From: a virus
Taxonomy: Duplodnaviria; Caudoviricetes
Strand: one strand, 5' to 3'
Virus record (IMG/VR): IMGVR_UViG_3300032328_000054
Coordinates: 1 to 33,109 of that record
Length of the DNA stretch: 33,109 nucleotides
Under the pieces are notes generated by a model. It did not search any database, had not been told where the DNA came from, and saw only the letters and a list, made by a program, of their open reading frames with translations. The translations under genes were made by a program, and so were the position numbers. Shown piece by piece: positions 1-6,515 of this stretch. The first letter of the stretch is position 1. Each line of letters opens with the position of its first letter.

Positions 1-27
1 AGGGGGATTGCCGCCACCCCGTAATCA

Positions 28-771
28 TTATAGTTTGTTTTTAGCCCTATAAAACGCTAACAAATGGGTAAAACATTCCCACCCAATTCTCAGGTCATCT
101 TCAGGTATCTCTACTAGTTTAGCCTTATTTTGTAAGGCGTTGACATAAACAATTGCGCATCGCGCTGTAGGCATTTCAAACCCTTGCCGGTAGGCTGCCA
201 ACTGCATTTGATGGTCAAAAAAGTAATCAAGTTTGTCTAGGTCCTTTTCTGTTGTTTTAAAGTCAACCACAAATCCTGACTTGGCAACTAGATCGCATTT
301 GCCGCCAAAACCACCATAAGCAAAGGACTTCTCAGAAATCCATAGCTGTGAGCCAAAATGCTCGTTTATGGCGTTTTCTACGGCTCGGACATATGGTGGT
401 AGTTCAGGAATGTAAATACCCTCGTAGAAGGCTTCTATGACCCCATGTATTTGCGTTCCCCGTTCCGCAGCTTGCTTGGCGGTTTCTTTGCTATCAGCAA
501 CGACCCGACTTAGCCAATCTTCTTCCGATTCACCCTCTAAGCGAGGTAATGTAAGAGCGGACAATATGGCTTGTTGTTGTTTCCATACATCCAATGCGGG
601 TTTTGCCGCACAACCAATAATTGTGGTAACTGAGGGCAATAAGCCATGTTCTCTTGCGTCTTTGACAGTTGAGTTTCTTTCTTTGCCGTTCTTGCCAACG
701 ATGCGATAGGCTGGACTGCCATCGGGTAAGTACCAATGACCGCTCTCACTTGTATTCTCTTTCACTAACAT
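28..771 (-). CDS. PD-(D/E)XK-family phage exonuclease
   Basis: Motifs LPSVTTII, RGTQIH, SE..., GKCDL, VDFKT, QLAAY; RBS GGGGGAAG upstream. Confidence 0.8.
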   Translation of the reverse strand: MLVKENTSESGHWYLPDGSPAYRIVGKNGKERNSTVKDAREHGLLPSVTTIIGCAAKPALDVWKQQQAILSALTLPRLEGESEEDWLSRVVADSKETAKQAAERGTQIHGVIEAFYEGIYIPELPPYVRAVENAINEHFGSQLWISEKSFAYGGFGGKCDLVAKSGFVVDFKTTEKDLDKLDYFFDHQMQLAAYRQGFEMPTARCAIVYVNALQNKAKLVEIPEDDLRIGWECFTHLLAFYRAKNKL

Positions 772-789
772 ACTTCCCCCTGGTAAACA

Positions 790-987
790 TTACATTAACT
801 GTAGTATCGCGATTCTATCGTCTGAGTTTCTAACCCTATCAGCGCAGGCTTGAACCACCGTTTTAATGACAGTTTCCAAATCATCTTGGGCAAATCCGAT
901 GATGGGTACTTCTTCATCGTAGCCTCGTTCTTGAAAAGTTTTGACCGTATATTTTTGGTCAATCACATCTTTAATTAAGTGGTTCAT
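790..987 (-). CDS. hypothetical phage protein (65 aa)
   Basis: AGGAG RBS; fills the gap within the leftward operon. Confidence 0.7.
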   Translation of the reverse strand: MNHLIKDVIDQKYTVKTFQERGYDEEVPIIGFAQDDLETVIKTVVQACADRVRNSDDRIAILQLM

Positions 988-1010
988 AGCTCGCTCCTAA
1001 AAGTTACCCC

Positions 1011-1628
1011 CTAAAATGGAACATCATCATCAATAATTGCTGCGTCTTGCAACTTCTTATTTACATCGGTAAAAGTATTGCGGTACTCGGCTGACAGCAT
1101 GATTTGGTCTTTTAGACCTTGCGATAAGCTGTCAAATACTTCTTGGTCAAACTTCTGCAAGTCAAACAATACGCATGGGTTTATGCCCTTTGGCATACCC
1201 GCTTTTTGTACAATTGCCGGAACTGGTGTAATAGCCACCGCATCTGCATAGGTATTGCCGTTATTAGCAGTTCTATGTTGAACAGTAACCATGCACCATT
1301 TATCTAGTAGATTTTTAAGATCAAAGCCACGCAACTCGTCATCGGTAAATGATTTGCCACGCCAGGATTCCAAGTCTTTCCGTAACGAAGCCTTATCGCC
1401 CAGAGACAGCGTGTAATTGCGTGTTTGGATTAGGGGTTTGCCCTCAATTAATAAGTCATCCCCATGCAATTCCCAAAAGAACTTGACCTTGCGTAGCATC
1501 TTGACTTGACCCATGTACTCAGACTTTTGTGTTCCAAGGTCAATGATGCGATATAAGCGCCCAGGCCAGCTACCTGGTGGTGCAATTTTAAATTCACGCT
1601 TTTCTGTAGTTGTGCCTGTCACAATCAT
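1011..1628 (-). CDS. putative single-stranded DNA-binding / replication accessory protein
   Basis: Beta-rich core (IDLGTQ, LRKDLESWRG) and acidic aromatic C-terminus DDDVPF typical of SSBs; near the exonuclease. Confidence 0.6.
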   Translation of the reverse strand: MIVTGTTTEKREFKIAPPGSWPGRLYRIIDLGTQKSEYMGQVKMLRKVKFFWELHGDDLLIEGKPLIQTRNYTLSLGDKASLRKDLESWRGKSFTDDELRGFDLKNLLDKWCMVTVQHRTANNGNTYADAVAITPVPAIVQKAGMPKGINPCVLFDLQKFDQEVFDSLSQGLKDQIMLSAEYRNTFTDVNKKLQDAAIIDDDVPF

Positions 1629-1837
1629 TGTTTCCCCCCAAAAATATTAGAAAAATCATCCACAACAGCAGTCAATAATGGATTAACCCTACGCTTGTTA
1701 GGGAGTCCACAATGAAACCTGATTAGGTCAATTTCTGCCAATGTCAACATATCACCATCCTCTGCCTTATCTAAGGCTATCTCAAGGCGTTCTTGATCTG
1801 CCATCATTTCATTATTTAATTGCTGTAAGTCATCCAT
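1625..1837 (-). CDS. hypothetical early protein
   Basis: GGAG 6 nt before the ATG at 1837; ATGA overlap with the next gene. Confidence 0.7.
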   Translation of the reverse strand: MDDLQQLNNEMMADQERLEIALDKAEDGDMLTLAEIDLIRFHCGLPNKRRVNPLLTAVVDDFSNIFGGKQ

Positions 1838-1875
1838 AATCATCTCCAAAAGTAAACAGCTTATGCTGTACCACC

Positions 1876-1904
1876 ATATTAAGCCAAATTAAAAAAAAGT
1901 GCAA
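1876..1904 (-). promoter_or_regulatory. leftward sigma70-type promoter (PL-like)
   Basis: TTGCAC-17 bp-TAATAT on the minus strand. Confidence 0.6.
1879..1892. promoter_or_regulatory. operator-like palindrome 1 (TTAAG-N4-CTTAA consensus)
   Basis: TTAAGCCAAATTAA overlapping the leftward promoter. Confidence 0.55.
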
Positions 1905-1909
1905 ACTAT

Positions 1910-1938
1910 TTGAATCTGCGTTGTTTATTTGGTAAGAT
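1910..1938 (+). promoter_or_regulatory. rightward sigma70-type promoter (PR-like)
   Basis: TTGAAT-17 bp-TAAGAT with TGn extension; predicted +1 at the ATG (1945). Confidence 0.65.
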
Positions 1939-1945
1939 AGCTTAA
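1932..1945. promoter_or_regulatory. operator-like palindrome 2
   Basis: GTAAGATAGCTTAA covering the -10 and +1 of the rightward promoter. Confidence 0.55.
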
Positions 1946-2181
1946 TGAAGAAAAAAGTGTTTACCGATAGCCAAATTATCGAGTTGCTGGGTGGGCCTAC
2001 CAAAATAGCCAAAATCTGCAAAATTAGCGTACCTGCGGTGTCTATGTGGAAAAACTCAGGTATTCCTGCCGATAAGATGGTTTATTTGGGGGCCTTGTTA
2101 GAACAGGAAAGCAAGGGATTAGTAACCCGCAAAGACTTATTTCCTGAAAGTTACCAGTTAATATGGCCTGAGTTGCGTTAA
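1945..2181 (+). CDS. Cro-like HTH transcriptional regulator
   Basis: IIELLGGPTKIAKICKISVPAVSMW...GIP HTH and C-terminal LFP...IWPEL; first gene of the rightward operon. Confidence 0.85.
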   Translation: MKKKVFTDSQIIELLGGPTKIAKICKISVPAVSMWKNSGIPADKMVYLGALLEQESKGLVTRKDLFPESYQLIWPELR

Positions 2182-2193
2182 TTGGTGTTATAC

Positions 2194-2320
2194 TGCGAAT
2201 GTCTGGTCTGGAAAACTCGACATTGAATCGCACAAGGCTCTATTCACATGGGCTGGATTGACTACATTGCGTTTCTTTGTCATCTTTCCAGACCCCAGCC
2301 CAGTTGAATGGAGCTTTTTT
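2194..2320 (+). ncRNA. C4-like antisense/attenuator RNA element (two hairpins, loop-bulge complementarity, U-tail)
   Basis: Extended -10 TGtTATACT at 2186-2194; stem AATGTC/GACATT with loop GGTCTGGAAA (2205-2214) complementary to TTTCCAGACC (2285-2294) bulged from long hairpin 2234-2317; T run to 2320. Confidence 0.65.
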
Positions 2321-2321
2321 C

Positions 2322-2598
2322 ATTAGGGCTTGACCTAGCCCGCACACAGGCGTGATGATGCGGTAAAGGCCGTAAATACTTCAGAAGCGAAACGGCAGCA
2401 ATGCCCCATATTTTGCGGATAAATGAGCAAAAATTATGGAACTGTCCTATTGCCAAACGGCAGGGGAAACTGGGTAGTCTTGGTAATACATAGACCTGAA
2501 CAAGCAAAAGAACCCATCATTTATTTACAACCGATTTCCGAAACATCCGAACTCGAATAATTCATCCTATCTTCGGATAGGAGTATTACGCCCCTAAT
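2322..2598 (+). ncRNA. putative large multi-branched structured RNA, family not recognised
   Basis: Nested long-range helices ATTAGG/CCTAAT, GGCGT/ACGCC, AATACT/AGTATT, ATAAATGA/TCATTTAT, TGGGT/ACCCA; hairpins with GCAA and C(UUCG)G tetraloops. Confidence 0.6.
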
Positions 2599-2700
2599 CC
2601 TCACAAACCGACCCGAATACAAAAAGTCACATAAAAGTTACATTATCTGACTTTATGTAACATATATAACCCATAGGGAAAGTACCTATATAATTAATTA

Positions 2701-2714
2701 TTAAGTAAACTTAA
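2701..2714. promoter_or_regulatory. operator-like palindrome 3
   Basis: Perfect-arm TTAAGTAAACTTAA upstream of the ORF at 2738. Confidence 0.55.
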
Positions 2715-2737
2715 CCTACAGTCTTTACGGGGGATTT

Positions 2738-2899
2738 ATGACTACATTTACAACTGAAGATAGGATTAGTGCGGAAAAGCTGATTGAAGAAAAAGACGCA
2801 ATTATTAAAAAACAAGCTGACCGCATTAAAGAATTAGAAGTTAAGTACAAACAAGAGTTTGACTATGTTGAGTATTTGTTAAAAGAACGCAAAAAATGA
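2738..2899 (+). CDS. small coiled-coil hypothetical protein (53 aa, MTTFTTEDR...)
   Basis: Read manually; RBS GGGGGA; ATGA coupling to the next gene. Confidence 0.7.
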   Translation: MTTFTTEDRISAEKLIEEKDAIIKKQADRIKELEVKYKQEFDYVEYLLKERKK

Positions 2900-3042
2900 G
2901 TTCTTGGTTAATCATCGTTACAGGTGTGATTTACGGATACATAGCTGCTGAACAAGCCTTTAAAGGTAATGTGCCTATGGCGGTGGTGTATAGCGGTTAT
3001 GCTTTTAGTAATGTTGGACTTTATATACTTGCAACAAAATAG
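2896..3042 (+). CDS. small membrane protein (48 aa, MSSWLIIVTG...)
   Basis: Read manually; two hydrophobic segments; translationally coupled. Confidence 0.7.
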   Translation: MSSWLIIVTGVIYGYIAAEQAFKGNVPMAVVYSGYAFSNVGLYILATK

Positions 3043-3050
3043 GGGGATGT

Positions 3051-3425
3051 GTGGATTTTGAAAAGTTCTGGATAAATTGGCCTAAAAAGGTCGCAAAGAA
3101 AAAAGCTGAAATTGCCTGGAAAAGATTGTCTGATCTTGAAAAGCGTGAAGCATTAGAAGCCTTGCCAAAACACCTTAGACATTGGCAACTTAAAAGAACC
3201 GAAATAGATTACATTCCGTACCCCGCATCGTGGATTAATGGCCTAAGATTTCAGGATGTTTTGGACATGACTCCAGCCAAAGAAAAGGTGGATAGGTCCT
3301 GGATGTTTAGCCAACAAGGTATTGAGAACAAGGCTCGTGAACTAGGAATACTGGGTAACGGGTACGATAGCTACGATACTTTAAAGAAGAAATGTATGAT
3401 GCGAATGGGTATGGAGATTGACTGA
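3051..3425 (+). CDS. replication protein, initiator C-terminal-type domain only
   Basis: FEKFW..WPKKVAKKKAEIAWKRL and YIPYPASWING.RFQD motifs characteristic of C-termini of phage replication initiators; GTG start with GGGGG RBS. Confidence 0.7.
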   Translation: MDFEKFWINWPKKVAKKKAEIAWKRLSDLEKREALEALPKHLRHWQLKRTEIDYIPYPASWINGLRFQDVLDMTPAKEKVDRSWMFSQQGIENKARELGILGNGYDSYDTLKKKCMMRMGMEID

Positions 3426-3594
3426 ACATCAATACCAATGTGCAGTACGGCAGTTATGCAAGTGGCGTAGTCAATGGGGGTTAGCAAAGTTTAGAGAATA
3501 TCTATCAAAATACCAAATTGATAGTAATTTACTAACAGGCTTTGCAGATCAATGGAAAAAAGGTAATAAGGGGGAATGGAACTTATGGAAGTAA
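3418..3594 (+). CDS. hypothetical protein (58 aa, ...QWKKGNKGEWNLWK)
   Basis: Read manually from TTG; overlaps both neighbours as in a packed operon. Confidence 0.6.
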   Translation: MTEHQYQCAVRQLCKWRSQWGLAKFREYLSKYQIDSNLLTGFADQWKKGNKGEWNLWK

Positions 3595-3911
3595 ATCCAC
3601 ACGATGCAATAGACTTTATATTTAAAACATCACCGCAATATGCGAAGGCTTGTGGTGAACTTGCCCAATTGGAAGCATTTAGACATAGTTTAAAAGCTAT
3701 CAAAATGGCACAAACAGATGAACAAAGTCTAGGCGCTCAAGAACGGGAAGCATACCGCAGTCAAGACTACCAAGACTTATGTAAAGCTATAGGTGTGGCA
3801 ACTGAGCAAAAAGAGGCCCTACGATGGCAATTAGAAAGTGCCAAGATGCGTTTTGAAGCCTGGCGTACCCAACAAGCTAATGACAGAAATATAGAAAGGT
3901 TGACACGATGA
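3576..3911 (+). CDS. helical hypothetical phage protein
   Basis: Coiled-coil-like, C-terminal FEAWRTQQANDR; start may be 3585. Confidence 0.75.
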   Translation: MELMEVNPHDAIDFIFKTSPQYAKACGELAQLEAFRHSLKAIKMAQTDEQSLGAQEREAYRSQDYQDLCKAIGVATEQKEALRWQLESAKMRFEAWRTQQANDRNIERLTR

Positions 3912-4075
3912 GAGGATATGCAGAAATATTTCTAGATTTAACCCGTACTATTAAACGGGTGCATGAACTTAAACTTAAAAATGACCATACCGAAGCCTAT
4001 TTATTAAGCTGCGATATAACTGACTATGCCCAAGAATTAGAGGATGTATTGCAAAAAGATGCAAGTATCCAATAA
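3908..4075 (+). CDS. hypothetical protein (55 aa)
   Basis: Read manually; GAAAGG RBS; ATGA overlap. Confidence 0.65.
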   Translation: MRGYAEIFLDLTRTIKRVHELKLKNDHTEAYLLSCDITDYAQELEDVLQKDASIQ

Positions 4076-4502
4076 AGGCGACAACACTTACGCTGAACGC
4101 CAAAGCGTTAGAAATACAGCTGAATTTTTGTTTGAATACTATTGTGCTGAAAAAGAGTACGAGGTAAAACGCATAGGATTTGATGAAAAAAACAATGCTG
4201 TCAGTAATTTTTTTAGGCTTAACAAATGTTTAAGAAATATTCCTGATTATGTTGTAAACACCAAAGACAAGACTTTTGTGGTCAATGTTAAAGGTACAGG
4301 TAATTTTAAAGCTAAAGAAATAGCATTAATTGCTGAACTTGAATCTATGTATGGGTCTAATGAGGCCCCATTAATTTACGCTTTTTGTTTTTTAGGACAA
4401 GAACCCAAACTAATATATCCCAATAAAATTGTAGAGTTATACAATAAGGCCCAAGACAAAAGATGGTCGGATGGTGTTACCTACAGAAATTTGGGGTTAT
4501 GA
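4059..4502 (+). CDS. putative PD-(D/E)XK-fold endonuclease
   Basis: AE.LFE helix, IPDYVV, VNVKG; start 4044 or 4059. Confidence 0.55.
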   Translation: MQVSNKGDNTYAERQSVRNTAEFLFEYYCAEKEYEVKRIGFDEKNNAVSNFFRLNKCLRNIPDYVVNTKDKTFVVNVKGTGNFKAKEIALIAELESMYGSNEAPLIYAFCFLGQEPKLIYPNKIVELYNKAQDKRWSDGVTYRNLGL

Positions 4503-4771
4503 ATAAAAAAGAAAGAAAATATTATGACGATGTTGCAAGACTTGGTTGCGTCTTATGCTACCACATGGGCTTCAATGACACCCCCGCAGAGCTTCACCAT
4601 GTCAGACGCTTTGGGGGAAAACGGTCACAAGCACCAATACTCCCCTTATGTACCGAGCATCACCGAGGTGCTACAGGTGTGCATGGACTCGGAGCAAAGG
4701 CTTTCGAGAGATACCACCAGATTGAGTTCGATACCTTACTAGGTATAGTCAAGGCTAGGCTACAACTCTAA
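4499..4771 (+). CDS. Ref-like (recombination enhancement) Zn-binding HNH-type nuclease
   Basis: GCVLC...ELHH...LPLCTEHH...GVH pattern; start at 4499 by ATGA overlap. Confidence 0.75.
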   Translation: MNKKERKYYDDVARLGCVLCYHMGFNDTPAELHHVRRFGGKRSQAPILPLCTEHHRGATGVHGLGAKAFERYHQIEFDTLLGIVKARLQL

Positions 4772-5113
4772 TGGGTCTAAGCCAAATTCGTCTGCCACAG
4801 CTTTACAGCGCATTTTAAAAACACGATCATGGTGATTCCAACGCTCTCTTGAGTGCGCCCATCTAGACATATGTACGGCTTCATGGCAAAGACTTCTTAG
4901 AACCGTCATGAAATGACCACACAATGCCCTAGATATTTGTATTTTATGAGCGTATTCTTCTCCTTCATCATAGGTGTAGTATGCGTATGCTGACGGGTCC
5001 TCAATTACCTCAAACTTGATTTCTTCAGGCAATGGCATATTCCATTTTGTAAATGGATGACAACAATAAATAGTTGCATACAAATTACGAAGCATTGCAG
5101 GAGTAATGTTCAT
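4760..5113 (-). CDS. SprT-like zinc metalloprotease
   Basis: LCHEAVHM (HExxH) followed by H.D..F. Confidence 0.7.
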   Translation of the reverse strand: MNITPAMLRNLYATIYCCHPFTKWNMPLPEEIKFEVIEDPSAYAYYTYDEGEEYAHKIQISRALCGHFMTVLRSLCHEAVHMSRWAHSRERWNHHDRVFKMRCKAVADEFGLDPLEL

Positions 5114-6069
5114 ACTTTTATTAATTGACCCCTAAAGTAAATTAAACCCTCATCCTCATTAACAACCTCTGCCAACTCTGGGGGCATTAGTTTGCCATTG
5201 ATAAAGGTCAATATTGCAAAACCGGCCCTCCAGTTGACCGGGTTATTTTCTGTATAACTAAATTGATTATCTTTAATACAAGCCATTGTGCCTGTATCAA
5301 CTCCATACCTTGTGCCTGTGTAATCTGTCCAAGGTGTTACTTTAAGGGAATGTAGGTGGCCAGACACAAAACTGGTGCCTGACTTTATTGTATTGTTGTA
5401 CACAGCATGAACTCCGTTGTGCCAGCGATGTTTAATCATGCAAGTCTGATTGACCATGATTGACCAGTACCACTTCCAATGAATTGTGTGATCAGCAATA
5501 TCAAAACCCTTGATGCCCTCGTACTGGGGCAGTATGTTGGATAGCTTGCCTGAAAATCGTAGATCATGGTTACCAATCGTAATCATCAATTTGCAACCAG
5601 CTGGTCGCACAGCTTCTATATCACCAAGTCTTTCTTGAATCTCGTCAAGTTCTTCTTTGACTGTCGGGCTTTTTTGCCAGCCAATGCGATGATGTTTTGA
5701 AATACTAGCAAAATCTGCTATATCTCCATTGAGAATAACAATCTTTGGTTTTAGATGCTTTACAAATTGAACAAAGCCTCGATGAGCCGTAGTTACATAC
5801 TCTGGGTTGTAATGGCAATCAGAGCCAACTAAGATGACACCATTGTCAATCGTAACATTGGCTTGCATTTGCTCATCGGGAATATAAATTTTAGGCATTC
5901 CATTTGGAGTCAATGCATCTAAAACAATGTCATATTGTTTTTCTAGCCTTCTTCGCCTTTTTAAAACATTGCGAGTGCTTATATCAATAATTTGGCTAAC
6001 CTTTTCAGGAGATTGGTGTTCTCTCCAAAGAGCAATAAATTCTTCGTCACTACACGCTTTTCGTTCCAT
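5110..6069 (-). CDS. calcineurin-like metallophosphoesterase with N-terminal HTH-like segment
   Basis: SDCH, NGD..D, GNHD, KH, GHLH motifs. Confidence 0.85.
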   Translation of the reverse strand: MERKACSDEEFIALWREHQSPEKVSQIIDISTRNVLKRRRRLEKQYDIVLDALTPNGMPKIYIPDEQMQANVTIDNGVILVGSDCHYNPEYVTTAHRGFVQFVKHLKPKIVILNGDIADFASISKHHRIGWQKSPTVKEELDEIQERLGDIEAVRPAGCKLMITIGNHDLRFSGKLSNILPQYEGIKGFDIADHTIHWKWYWSIMVNQTCMIKHRWHNGVHAVYNNTIKSGTSFVSGHLHSLKVTPWTDYTGTRYGVDTGTMACIKDNQFSYTENNPVNWRAGFAILTFINGKLMPPELAEVVNEDEGLIYFRGQLIKV

Positions 6070-6125
6070 GACATACCTTATAATGATAAAGTTAGCCTAT
6101 ATTAACTGAATATCATTAAAAAACA

Positions 6126-6425
6126 ATGGCATACGCCAAAAGAATTGACGCAAATCAAACAGAAATAGTAGAAACCCTCAGAAAAGCGGGGGCAGATGTC
6201 TATATTTTATCAATGGTAGGGCGTGGAATACCTGACTTAATGGTTTGCTTTAACGGAGAAACTATTTTGATGGAAGTAAAGGCAAATGCTAAGAGTCGTT
6301 TTACCCCTGATCAACTCAAATTTATAGCCAATTGGAAGGGTGGGCCACTAAGTCGGGTGGATAGCCCAGAAGCTGCATTAAGAGTAATTGGGTTAATTCC
6401 AGCCCATCAAAACGATATTATGTAA
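6126..6425 (+). CDS. VRR-NUC-like nuclease / resolvase
   Basis: KRIDANQ.EIV..LR, G.PDL.V, LMEVK, TPDQ..F. Confidence 0.75.
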   Translation: MAYAKRIDANQTEIVETLRKAGADVYILSMVGRGIPDLMVCFNGETILMEVKANAKSRFTPDQLKFIANWKGGPLSRVDSPEAALRVIGLIPAHQNDIM

Positions 6426-6515
6426 ATTTCAACGAAATAAAATTGCTACAAAAGTTGCAAAAACAGATAAAATTACAGAGCGTGAGGTCATTAATATGTA
6501 CTGTTTAAAGGAATT

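Noticed and set aside
28-771. Cas4 / CRISPR association
   Set aside because: Lacks the Fe-S cysteine pattern; no repeat-spacer array seen in the window
1856-1869. ACAGC-TTAT-GCTGT as a LexA box
   Set aside because: Arms are in the wrong orientation and spacing for CTGT-N8-ACAG; more likely a small leader hairpin
2350-2382. GATGCGGTAAAGGCCGTA resembles group II intron domain V
   Set aside because: No paired AGC/CGC triad stem, no domain VI, no GUGYG 5' end and no interrupted gene
2280-2507. 75-aa minus-strand ORF across the structured region
   Set aside because: No RBS, unnatural composition, opposes the local transcription direction
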